NCBI GenBank assembly: GCA_000151265.1
Contig: GG663744.1
Span: forward strand, 195,520 to 227,519
From: Micromonas pusilla
Lineage: Eukaryota
Reading direction: 5' to 3'
Length of the DNA: 32,000 nt
Shown here in pieces: positions 14,527 to 24,800 of this stretch. The translations under genes and the position numbers were made by a program. Positions within the stretch are counted from its first letter, which is position 1. Every line of letters starts with the position of its first letter. The notes under the pieces are model-generated. The model saw nothing but the letters and a program-made list of their open reading frames with translations. It had not been told where the DNA came from and searched no databases.

Positions 14527-15613
14527 TCAGTTGAACCCTCGCCGGCCGCCCAACCCCGTGATGCTCACGTTCCCGACGCCGCTGAAGTGGTTCTTCAGCG
14601 CGTTGCCGTTCGCCCACGCGCTGTTCGTGTAGTCGTCGTCGTCGTTGCTCTCCAACGCTTTCATCTCCTCCTGAGGGTCGAGGGTCCATACACGTACGAG
14701 CGAACGTCGGGGCGGAGTTGAAAGGCGTCAGAAGCGGAGTTGAAAGGCGTCGCGGTGTGTCGGGATTGAAAGCGAGGGACCCTGGGCGGAGAGATGCGCC
14801 GGGAAACGAAAGTCCTTGAGGATCGGCGTGCACCACGCCAACGCGGTCGTATGGGGACCAGTGTGAGATAGAACGCGCCTGACGCTTGTGATAGTACGCC
14901 ATCATCGCCTTGTGCTCCTCCGGGGATATCGGCGCCTCCCGCTGCGGCGCGCCGCCGCCCTTCTTCTGCAGCTTCGCCACGATCTTCGTCTTCTCGTTCC
15001 GCCCGACGTGATCGCTCAGCTTATTCTCCGGGATCATCTGCTTCCCCGCCCACCACAGCTGCGCGGTCTGTGCGTCCAGGATGTCCGCCCCCACCGGCGT
15101 GTCCGACGGCTTCTCGTCCTCCTCCAGGTCCATCCGCACCGGGTCCCACTCCGGAAGCCCCATCGGGTACGCGATCATCACCGCGCCGCGCACGAGGTCT
15201 AAGTGCTCCATGAGCTCTCTCTTCGTCAGCGCTTTCTTCATCTCCACCTGCCGCTTGGACGCCGCGGTCGCGGCGTCGTCGAGCGCCTTTCGAAGCGTCG
15301 TCGCCGCGGACTCCACCGGCGCGCACCCGTCGCGCTTCCCCGTGGGGTCCTTGCGGTACGTCGGCCCTCGCGGCGGGAGCGTCACGCCGTCCGCCTCGGC
15401 CTGGATGTCCTCGTCTAGGCCTTGCTTGTCCGGGGGTTTGCACGGCCCGTGCGCCGCGAGGTCGTCGCCGTCCATCTTCAGTCGTTGCAGGCGCAGCCGA
15501 AGGTTGTGAATCTCCACGAGCTCGCGGACGAGGTCGCCGACGCCGATCGCGACCGTGGTCTCGTACAGGAACTGCTGGTCCTCCGCTTTGCCTTTGACGT
15601 GAAGAAGGACCAT
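14527..15613 (-). CDS. CFAP298: Cilia- and flagella-associated protein 298 (C21orf59/Kurly/FBB18 family). Exons are 14879..15613 and 14527..14670 (292 aa).
   Basis: MVLLHVKGKAEDQQFLYETT..., LDLVRGAVMIAYPMGLPEWDPVRM, AQLWWAGKQM...KLSDHVGRNEKTKIVAKLQKKGGGAPQREAPISPEEHKAMMAYYHKRQ | EEMKALESNDDDDYTNSAWANGNALKNHFSGV...*. This is collinear with human CFAP298 as I remember it (MVLLHVK..., LRGAVMIVYPMGLPPYDP, AQLWWAAKEL, LSDYVGKNEKTKIIAKIQ, YYHRRQEELKRLEENDDDAYLNSPWAD..LKRHFHGV). The 365-aa track ORF reads through the intron and is frame-shifted afterwards. Confidence 0.92.
14671..14878 (-). mobile_element. Introner-like repeat, copy D (208 nt, long subfamily); equals the CFAP298 intron
   Basis: The sense strand reads AAGCGTCAG|GCGCGTTCTATCTCACACTGGTCCCCATACGACC...GTATGGACCCTCGACCCTCAG|GAGGAG. 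The junction ...HKRQ|EEMK... is fixed by cross-species protein collinearity. Confidence 0.92.
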
Positions 15614-15985
15614 GGTATGGCGGCGGCGAGGGAGAGCGAGCGGGCGAGCGGGAGGGAGAGAGAACGACGCTTCCTTCGACGTGAAGAGGCGGGATGGACG
15701 CGCGCGCGCGGCGATCTCTTCTGCCGATTCGTTGACCTTCTATTTTTTCGAGCAGCGCTGAGACCCAAATGTGTTCGCTTTCAAACCACTCCCCGATGGA
15801 GCCAGCCGGTCAAACTGACCGACGGCCGAAGCGCAGATCGGACCGTCCGTTTCCGAACAGAACACGTGCTTGATATTTTTATCTCCTCGAGCGAGAAGGC
15901 CGTTCGACGCGCGAAGTTCGACGCGCGCGCACGACGCATCGCGCCCGCGTCCGCGCCCACGACGACCTCGCGACCGCGCCTCGCG
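15614..15985. promoter_or_regulatory. Divergent intergenic region between CFAP298 (-) and PTOX (+); presumed promoters and 5' UTRs
   Basis: Inferred from gene arrangement only. Confidence 0.3.
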
Positions 15986-17248
15986 ATGTCCATCGCGATG
16001 GGCGCGCCCGCGCGCGCCGCGCGCGCGTCCGTCCGCGCGCCCGCGCCCAGATCCGCGCGCGTCGCCGTGGCCGTTGTTGAAAAGCGCCGCCTGGCATACC
16101 TCCCCTCCCTCGCGGGGCGGCGGCCGTCGTCCTCGTCGTCGTCGTCGTCGTCCGCTCATCAGACGCGCGCGGCGCTGAACGGCGACAGCGCGTCCGTCGC
16201 GAAGGACGACACGCCGTCGCTGCGCGACGAGGACGAGTACGCGGGCGTGGTGCTCCACGACGACGCCCCCGTGCCGAGGCTGGAGCGGTTCGTGAACTCG
16301 CTCGTCATCAACGCCGCGGTGCTGATAATCGACAAGCTGTACGAGGGGAGGGATTACAGCCGGTTCTACGCGCTCGAGACGGTCGCGCGCGTGCCGTACT
16401 TCTCCTTCCTCTCCGTGCTTCACCTGTACGAGACGCTGGGGTTCTGGCGCAGGGCGGACTACCTCAAGGTGCACTTCGCGCAGACGATGAACGAGTTTCA
16501 TCACCTGCTCATCATGGAGTCCCTCGGCGGCGACGACAAGTTTCGAGACCGCTTCTTCGCGCAGCACATGGCCGTGGGGTACTACGGCATCGCGTGTCTG
16601 ATGTATCTCGTGTCTCCCAGGATGGCGTACAACCTGAGCGAGCAGGTGGAGGAGCACGCGTACCACACCTACGACGTGTTTTTGAGAGAGAACGAGGAGA
16701 GGTTGAAGCGCCAATCGCCGCCGCCCATCGCCGTGCATTACTACCAGGAGGGCGATCTGTTCCTCTTCGACGAGTTCCAGACCGGCGCGGTGACCGGCGT
16801 CGCGAGAGGCGCGGACAAGCGCCGCCCGAGAATAGATTCGCTGTACGACGTCTTCGTGAACGTTCGCAACGACGAGGCGGAGCACATGAAGACGATGCAA
16901 TTTTGTCAGCTCCCGGGGACCATATTGCGCGCGCCGTCGGAAGCCGCGGCGTGCTCGGTGGTGTTCAACAAGGCCACGAGCGATTCGGAGCCGGACAGGT
17001 ACACGACCGAGTGCGTGGAGGAGTACGCGACGATGGAGAAGACGTGCGAGGGGTTGCTGGACTGTCTGATATCGAACGACTCGTACCAGCGCGAGAGAGG
17101 CGGCGACGCGGCGGCGGCGGGTGGCGGCGATGCGCGCGACGCGGAGGAGAGCGGCGAGAACAACGTCGTCGCGAAGATGGAGTCGGGCGAAGGCGAGGGC
17201 GAGGGCGAGGTTGGGGAGAAGCAGGAAGAGATGCCTTCGCCCCGGTGA
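15986..17248 (+). CDS. PTOX: Plastid terminal oxidase (IMMUTANS-type, alternative oxidase superfamily), 420 aa, single exon
   Basis: FYALETVARVPYFSFLSVLHLYETLGFWRRADYLKVHFAQTMNEFHHLLIMESLGG...SPRMAYNLSEQVEEHAYHTYDVFL...YYQEGDLFLFDEFQT...LYDVFVNVRNDEAEHMKTMQFCQ. This is near-collinear with Arabidopsis IMMUTANS as I remember it, including the di-iron ligand motifs (E, ExxH, E, ExxH). The start is placed at the first ATG downstream of the CFAP298 gene (15986, MSIAMGAP..., transit-peptide-like). The track ORF begins at 15422, but that stretch overlaps the CFAP298 CDS. Confidence 0.92.
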   Translation: MSIAMGAPARAARASVRAPAPRSARVAVAVVEKRRLAYLPSLAGRRPSSSSSSSSSAHQTRAALNGDSASVAKDDTPSLRDEDEYAGVVLHDDAPVPRLERFVNSLVINAAVLIIDKLYEGRDYSRFYALETVARVPYFSFLSVLHLYETLGFWRRADYLKVHFAQTMNEFHHLLIMESLGGDDKFRDRFFAQHMAVGYYGIACLMYLVSPRMAYNLSEQVEEHAYHTYDVFLRENEERLKRQSPPPIAVHYYQEGDLFLFDEFQTGAVTGVARGADKRRPRIDSLYDVFVNVRNDEAEHMKTMQFCQLPGTILRAPSEAAACSVVFNKATSDSEPDRYTTECVEEYATMEKTCEGLLDCLISNDSYQRERGGDAAAAGGGDARDAEESGENNVVAKMESGEGEGEGEVGEKQEEMPSPR

Positions 17249-17351
17249 GTGAGTGAATTTCGCGCGAGCGAAGGAGGAGGAAGAGGCGGCGCGAGCGGAG
17301 AGAGAACGACGGGACGGGAGCAGAAAAAAGTGAAAATCACTCACGACCAAC

Positions 17352-18347
17352 CTACGACGCCTCCCTCCGCCGCTCGACGAACACGTCCAAGCTCATCAAG
17401 TCGTTCGAGCGCACGCTCTTCACGGGATACACCTCCCGGACGTCGCCGTCCCTCGGGAACTCCAGCGCGGGGTCCATCTCGCCGACGACAGCGTCTCTCT
17501 CTCCTCCTCCTCCTCCTCCTCCGTCCCCGCCGCCCCCGCCCCCGCCGCCCGCGCCGTCGTCCACGCGTTCCTCGCTCCACTCCCCCGACCCGAGCTCCTC
17601 CGCGATCCCGGACCTCCCCGCGTACGCGACGATCTCGAACGCGCACGCGCTCGCGCCTCTCGGCAGCAGCGGCAGCGTGACGTCCGAGAACGCGATCTTC
17701 GAGAGCGTCGCGCAGAGGCCTTTTTGCAACGCGTCCACGTCCCGCCGCGTCGGCGGCCGGTCCGAACGCCGCACGTTCAGCGCGAAGTCGAACGTGTGGC
17801 GCTCCACGGGGAGACCCCTACCCCCGGAGCCGCCGCCGCCGCCGCCGCCGCCGCCGACGTCTCCCCCTCCGCGCGTCTCGCCGTCCTTCACGACGACGAC
17901 GACGCGCTTGACGTCCCCGCGCGCGATCGGACGACGCAGCGCGCCGATCGCGTTTTCGACGTAGGACACCACCTCCGGGTGGCGGCATCGCATGACTCGG
18001 CTGCCGTACAGCGCGCGCGTCTCGAAGAGCTCTCTCGGGTACACGCCTCGGTGATACAGCACGTGGTGCGTCGCCGCGGTGAGGAACTCGATGATCACGT
18101 CCAGCCTGGGGCGAGGAGAGGAGGGAGGAAGAGGGTTTAGATCGACGCGGGCGTCGATGAGAAGCGCGCGCGCGGACCCGGAGGAGGGTGCCCAGATCTG
18201 GCGACGACGAGAACAGAACCGCGAGGTCGCGTCCGCCCGCCGTCGCGCGACGGACGGGGAGGCGCGGCCGCGAGGAGGGACGCGGACGGACGACGCGCAC
18301 CGCAGGTCGTGCTGGCTCTTCGGCGCGGGCTCGAGCGCGGGCGGCAT
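17352..18347 (-). CDS. REV7: REV7/MAD2L2 HORMA-domain subunit of DNA polymerase zeta. Proposed exons are 18301..18347 and 17352..18105 (266 aa); the unspliced ORF gives 331 aa.
   Basis: DVIIEFLTAATHHVLYHRGVYPRELFETRALYGSRVMRCRHPEVVSYVENAIGALRRPIARGDVKRVVVVVKD ... LMSLDVFVERRREAS* parallels human REV7 ([23 protein letters not shown]...MSCHPELNQYIQ...DVEKVVVVILD...LKMQLYVEERAHKGS). It contains poly-Gly insertions. Confidence 0.85.
   Translation of the reverse strand: MPPALEPAPKSQHDLRCASSVRVPPRGRASPSVARRRADATSRFCSRRRQIWAPSSGSARALLIDARVDLNPLPPSSPRPRLDVIIEFLTAATHHVLYHRGVYPRELFETRALYGSRVMRCRHPEVVSYVENAIGALRRPIARGDVKRVVVVVKDGETRGGGDVGGGGGGGGGSGGRGLPVERHTFDFALNVRRSDRPPTRRDVDALQKGLCATLSKIAFSDVTLPLLPRGASACAFEIVAYAGRSGIAEELGSGEWSEERVDDGAGGGGGGGGDGGGGGGGERDAVVGEMDPALEFPRDGDVREVYPVKSVRSNDLMSLDVFVERRREAS
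18106..18300 (-). other. Putative 195-nt intron in REV7 (in frame, no stop)
   Basis: The donor is GACCTGCG|GTGCGCGTCG. A strong pyrimidine tract and acceptor follow (CTCTTCCTCCCTCCTCTCCTCGCCCCAG|GCTG). Splicing gives MPPALEPAPKSQHDLR-LDVIIEFL..., which brings the N-terminus to the length seen in REV7 homologues. The removed segment translates to Arg/Ser/Pro-rich sequence that does not look like protein. Confidence 0.55.
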
Positions 18348-18897
18348 GACGGGACGTCTCGCCGACCGGCGTCGCCCGCGCGACGCGACGAGATGTGATG
18401 ATGAGAGGGATCCCCGAGCTGGCGCGCGAGAGTTCGAGAGTTCGCGCGGTCGGTTGTTTTGAGGTGTTTTGGTCGAGTCGAGCTAAACGCGCATCATCGA
18501 GCGAACCGAGAGGCCCGCGCGACGGCCGCGACGGGGCATTGCCGCTGGTGTCGGGAGGAGCCCGCACCGTGGACGGCCGGCGCGCGCGCGAGAACGCGAT
18601 CGCGCCGCGTCGCGATCTGGAGCGATGGGGATGCCTAAAGGTGCGCGCCCGCGGCGACCGATCCGACGACGTCGTTCGCTCAGCATCATCCACCCATCAT
18701 CGTTCATCGTCGGCTTAATTTGGACGACCGAACGAATTCTTCCCTCCCGTCGCCGTCGCCTTCGGCGCCGCGCCCGCCCACCCCCCTCTCCGTCCTCGCG
18801 ACCCGTCCTCACGACCCGACCCTCCCCGCGCTCTCCCCCGACAGCGCGATTCGCGCGCAAGACGGCGACCGCGGCGGCGCCTCCCGAGGTCGCGGTG

Positions 18898-21800
18898 ATG
18901 GACGCGAACCCGCCCGCGGCGACGGCGACGGCGGACGCGACGACGGCGTCGTCGTCGTCGGACGCGGCGGCGCCGGTCGACGCGCCGGTCGACGCGCCGG
19001 CGACGCCCGCGCCGGATGCGCCGTCGGAACCGCCGCCTATTCCGCCGCCCGCCGCGAAGGAGAAGGAGAAGGAGAAGGAGAAGGAGAAGGCGGAGTACCC
19101 GCGGAAGATCTCGACGAACGATCTCGACGGCGACGACGTTCCTCTCGCGTTGGAACCTCGCGTCATGGCGCCGTTCACCACGCGACGCGGCGAGGTCCCG
19201 AGACGCGTGCAGATCGAACGCAAGAAGCGCGCGTACGGCGTCATGGACCTGGACGCGCTCTTCCGCGAGCTCCCGAACGCCGCGGAGGCGACGGCGGAGA
19301 AGCACTCGCTGCCGCTGGAGGTTTTCGACGACGGTGAATTCGAGGAACGCGCGATCGAGGAGTGGCTGCAACCGGAGGCGCTCGCGCGCGGGAACGGCGT
19401 GCGCGCGAAGCTCGCGGTGCACGCGAGGGTGAACAAGACCGGGTTCCCGCTGTGGGCGTCGTGCTCGGTCGTCGGCGGCGACCCGGCGACGAACACCTAC
19501 GAGGTGGTTCTAGACAAGAACAAGAAGCTCATGCGAGGGATCCCGCGCGTCGACTTGTGCTTCAACTCGGAAGATCCGAGGGCGTACGCGAAGCGACGCA
19601 TGGCGGCGTACGAAGCGCGGCGCGCCGCCGTCCGGAGGCTCGAGTACGAGCTGTTTTTGGACGTGATGCCGACGGACGACGTCCCCGCGTTAAACGCCGC
19701 GTCGACGGCGAGGATCACCGAACTTTCGCTGAACACGCCGGGCGCGCGAAGCCACGCGGCGACCGCGGATACGCTCGTGAGAGAAGCGAGCGACGAGTAC
19801 GCGCGCGCGATGTGCAAGCTCGCGTTCGACGACGCGCTCGTGCACGGGGCGAACGGGGTCGGGACGAGGGACAAGCGCGCGAAGCGCGCGCGGATCACGA
19901 TGGACCTGGAGCGCCTCGCCGATCCGGACGGAGGCGTCGGGGGTAGTTCTCTCGTCGACGCGAACGCGGACGCGATCGACGGCGACGCGGACCGTCTTCT
20001 GCTGCCTCCCGTGCACCGGCACGCGCCCAAGCCGCGCGCGGCCGCGCCGTTGTGCGGCGTGCGCGCGATCGAGGACGCGGCGGGGTACTCGTACGCCGCG
20101 CAGGCGTCTGAGTTTACGTTTCGAACGGCGCTGACGAAACCGGAGGTGATCGAGTGCACGCGGCGGATCGTGAACGAGTGCGTCAAGTGCGCGAAAGTTC
20201 CGCTCTTCGCGACGACGTTTAGCAAGCCGCAGCGCGTGGACGAGTTCGAGACGGCGCAGAAGCTGACGCTGAACAACGCGTCGGTGGCGATCAAAGAGCA
20301 GTGGACGGGCTCGGTGAAGGATGCGTTTTTCGATTGCTTCGGAAAGGTGGGCAAGGGGTGGTACAACATCAAAGAGACCGACCGCGCGGCGTACGACTTC
20401 GGGAAGATGAAGAAGTACCAGAACATGATCCGCATGCGGATGGAGGACACGCTGCGGTTCCTCGTCGACGACGCGGTGGCGTCGTTCACGGCTTTTATCC
20501 ACGCGACGTGTTCCGCGGAGCTCTCCGTGAACGCCACGAACGACGTCGAGCCCGGCCCGGCGCCGCCTCTGTTCGCGCTCGAACTCCAGAACATCGTCAG
20601 CGAGGACGCGGCGAACCCGAAGCTCGGGTTCGAGTACAGCACGCCGCTCGATGACATTAAGAAAACCGTCATCGAGACGTTTGAGAACGCGGTCACGAGC
20701 GTGTACGGGATTCCTTTCATCGAGCCGGACGTCATAACGGAAATCACGTGGACGTTTATTCCGTCGATGACGACCGTGAACTTAGCCGAGCCGCACGTCA
20801 AACGCGCGCAGGAGTCCGTCGCCGCGGACGTCACCGTCGCGATCGACGCTCTGAAGCGCTACTTGAAGCTGTACGATCAGTTCAAGCCGCTGCAGAAGAT
20901 TAAGGTCGAGTCCTACGTCGAGGAGCTCAACGTTCGCAAGGAGAAACTGGACGAGGACGACTCCATGCTCGCGGAGTACCAAAAAGAGATCAAAATACAC
21001 GAGGACCACCTGCTTCACATCGAGACGACGCTGCCGGACGCGATCGACGTCGGCCCGTTCAGGGTGAACGCGTCGAGGGTGAAGACGGCGCTCGCGGATA
21101 AACGCCGCGCGCTGATCGAAGAAGTCAAGACGCTCATCGCGGCGTACCCGCGCGAGATTTGCGTCGACGTCATCGCGCGGTACGCGGAGATCAACTCCAG
21201 ACTAGAGGTTGGCACCGAGGACCCGGAGGGCGTCGGCGCGCTGCGGGATCTCATCGACTCCATACCCAAGCTCGTGTACGACTTGACGACGACGCTCTCG
21301 GAGGCGTACGCGTATTGGGGCGCGTTGGACGACGCGCGCGTGCCGCTGTCCGACGACGACGTACGGAAAAAGGCGGAGGCGCAGTTCTGGCCGACGAAGC
21401 TGACGTACACGATCGCGAGCACGAAGGAGGAGCTCGCGAGGGACGAGAAGACGTACCGCCAGACGCAAGAGGTGGAGCAAGACGATTTTAAAGTGAAGCT
21501 CAAATCTATGGAGGAGGAGACCATCGCGCGGCTGCCGGATTACGTGGACATGAACAACACGGAGGCGTACGCGGAGCGCATGGCGGAGATCGACGGCGAG
21601 CTGAAGAAGGCGCAGGAGCAGGCGAACTTGTTCAACTCGAGAGAGGCGCTGTTCGGGTTGCCCGCGACGGATTACGGCAAAGTCCGACGGATGGCGGACG
21701 CGTTCGATCCGTTTTGTCAGTTTTGGAAGTACGCGAACAACTGGCGCTCGTGGCAGAAGGAATGGAAATCCGAGCCGTTCGCGACGTTGAACGCGGAAGA

Positions 21801-24800
21801 AGTCGAGAAGGACGTCGGGACCGCGTACAAGGTGATGTTCAAGATGGGCAAGGCGTTCAATATGCGAAACATGCCCGCGTGCGCGGCGAACTGCGAGACG
21901 GTGCGAAACGAGCTCGAGGATTTCCAAAAGTACCTCCCGCTCCTCGTCGCGCTTCGATCGCCCGGGATGCGCGACCGGCACTGGGAGAAGATCACCGAGG
22001 ACGTCGGGGTCACGATCCCTCACGACGACCCGGAGTTCAACCTCACGAAGATTCTCGAGATGGACCTCCACGCGTCCGAGGAGGCGCTCGTCAAGGTGTG
22101 CGACGTCGCGGGGAAAGAGTTTGGGATCGAAACCGCGCTCGAAAAAATGTACGGCGAATGGGAGGGCGCGGAGCTCGAGGTCGTGGAGTACCGCGAGACG
22201 CAGACGCACGTCATACGCATCGAGGAGACGATCACGCAGATGCTCGACGATCACATCGTCATGGCGCAGGCGATGGGGTTTTCGCCCTTCAAAAAACCGT
22301 TCGAAGAGCAGATCTCGACGTGGGAGCGGACGCTGTCGATGGTGAGCGAGGTTTTGGACGAGTGGATCACGCTGCAGCGGTCGTGGATGTACCTGGAGCC
22401 CATCTTCGGGAGCGAGGACATCATGGAGCAGCTGCCGTTAGAGGGGAAACGGTTCGCCGCGGTGGACCGTCTGTGGAGGAAAGTGCTGACGAAAGCGTTG
22501 GGCGTTCCCGGGGTGTTGAAGATGTGCAACGATCGAATCTTGCTCGAGAAGTTCAGAGACGCGAACAATCAGTTGGACATCGTGCAGAAGGGTCTCGCGG
22601 ATTACCTCGAGACGAAACGCTTAGCCTTCAGCCGTTTCTTCTTCTTGTCCAACGACGAGCTTCTGCAGATTTTATCCCAGACGAAGAACCCGCTCGCGGT
22701 GCAGCCGCACCTGCGGAAGTGCTTCGAGGCGATCAACACGCTGACGTTCGAGGGGGATTTAAAAATCACCGCGATGAACAGCGTGGAGAACGAGAGAGTG
22801 CCCTTCAGCGAGCACATGTACCCGGAAGGGAACGTCGAGAACTGGCTCGGAGAGGTGGAGCGCATCATGAAAGATTCGTGCCGTCACTCCGTCGTGGAGT
22901 CGCTCGCGGATTACCAAGCGACGCCGCGGCCGGAGTGGGTCAAGTCGTGGCCCGCGATGACCGTCCTCGGCGTCGGGTGCTGCTATTGGACCTCTCTCTC
23001 CGAGGAGGCGATCAAAGACGCCGAGCTTCCCAAGTGGTTCGACAAGAACGTCGAACAACTGAACGACCTCACGGACATGGTGCGAGGGAAGCTCTCGTCG
23101 CAAGAGCGCGGCACCCTCGGCGCGCTCATCGTCATCGACGTCCACGCGCGCGACGTCATCACCACGCTGATTGAAAACGACGTCACCGCGATGACGGATT
23201 TCGACTGGGTCCGGCAGCTCAGATACTACTGGGAGAACGATGACCTGTACGTCAAGATGGTTCAAGCGTCGCTGCCGTTCGGGTACGAGTACCTCGGGAA
23301 TCAGCCGCGTCTGGTCGTCACGCCGCTGACGGATCGATGTTACATGACGCTGATGGGCGCGATTCATCTCAACTTGGGCGGCGCCCCCGCCGGTCCCGCG
23401 GGGACGGGCAAGACGGAGACGACGAAGGATCTCGCCAAGGCGCTCGCGATGCAGTGCGTCGTGTTCAACTGCTCGGACGGTCTGGACTACCTCGCGATGG
23501 CGAAGTTTTTCAAAGGCCTCGCGTCGAGCGGCGCGTGGGCGTGCTTCGACGAGTTCAACCGGATCGACCTCGAGGTTTTATCCGTCGTCGCCGCGCAGAT
23601 TTTAACGATTCAAAACGCGATCCAGCAGGGCCTGAAGCGGTTCGAGTTCGAAGGCTCCGAGATTGGTCTGGACGCGCGGTGCTGCGTCTTCATCACGATG
23701 AACCCCGGATACGCCGGGCGTTCCGAACTTCCGGATAACCTCAAAGCCCTGTTCCGACCGTGCGCGATGATGGTGCCGGATTACGCGCTCATCGGCGAGA
23801 TCTCGTTGATGTCTTTCGGGTTCAAACGCGGCCGCCCGCTCGCGAGGAAGATGGTCGCCACGTTCAAGCTCTGCTCCGAGCAGCTCTCCGCGCAGGATCA
23901 CTACGACTACGGCATGCGCGCGGTTAAGTCCGTGATCACCGCCGCGGGTAACCTGAAGCGCGACTTTCCGGACGAGGACGAGGAGGTTCTTTTACTTCGC
24001 GGGCTCATGGACGTGAACGAGCCGAAATTTTTAGCGCACGACCTCCCGCTGTTCGCGGGCATCATCAGCGACTTGTTCCCCGGATTAAAGAAGCCCGAGG
24101 TGGATTACGACGACCTGAACGAAGCCCTGCGAGAGAGCTGCGAAGAGCTGAAGATCCAGCCCGTCCCCGCGTTCATCGGTAAGGTGATCCAGATGTACGA
24201 GATGACCGTCGTGCGGCACGGGCTCATGCTCGTGGGTCCCACCGGCGGCGGGAAGACGATGTGCTACCGTTCGCTGTGCTCCGCGATGACGAGGCTCAAC
24301 AAGGCTGGGTCGGAGGTATTCGAGAGGGCTAAGTTCGTGTGCTTGAACCCGAAGTCGATCACGATGGGACAGCTGTACGGCGATTTCGACGACGCGACGC
24401 ACGAGTGGACCGACGGCGTCCTCGCGTGTTACATGCGCGACCTCTCCGAGGAGACGGGAACGGACAAGAAGTGGTTGCTGTTCGACGGCCCGGTCGACGC
24501 GATCTGGATCGAGAACATGAACACGGTGTTGGACGACAACAAGAAGCTGTGCCTCGTGTCCGGCGAGATCATCCAGATGTCGTCCACGATGACGATGATG
24601 TTCGAGGTGGAGGATCTCGCGGTTGCGTCCCCGGCGACGGTGTCGCGGTGCGGCATGATTTACATGGAGCCGACGTCCATGGGGTTCGAGCCGCTTCTGG
24701 ACTCGTACTTGGAGTCGCTCCCGGAGATCATGAAGCCGTACCTCGGGAAGTTTAGGGACATCTTCGTGAAGGTGATGCCCGGCCTGGACGGCCTCCTGCA

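Noticed and set aside
1755-14878. Whether the repeated units could be a CRISPR-like array or a prokaryotic defence or mobile island
   Set aside because: The copies are kilobases apart, irregularly spaced, present on both strands, and embedded as introns in eukaryotic genes. No Shine-Dalgarno or operon organisation, cas-like genes, or short regular spacers are present.
14516-15613. The 365-aa ORF taken at face value as the CFAP298 CDS
   Set aside because: It reads through the 208-nt repeat-intron (...ARSISHWSPYDRVGVVHADPQGLSFPG...) and then continues in the wrong frame. The conserved C-terminus (EEMKALESNDDDDYTNSAW...) appears only after removing 14671..14878.
15422-15985. N-terminal 188 residues of ORF 15422..17248 as part of PTOX
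   Set aside because: This stretch overlaps the CFAP298 coding exon on the other strand, starts at a non-ATG codon, and is Arg-rich with no similarity to PTOX. The first ATG after the CFAP298 gene (15986) gives a normal transit-peptide-like N-terminus.
18625-18897. The upstream ATG at 18625 as the dynein start
   Set aside because: The added 91 residues (MGMPKGARPRRPIRRRRSLS...RRRRLRRRARPPPSPSS) look like translated 5' leader. I cannot exclude this start without transcript or proteomic data, so the start call carries moderate uncertainty.
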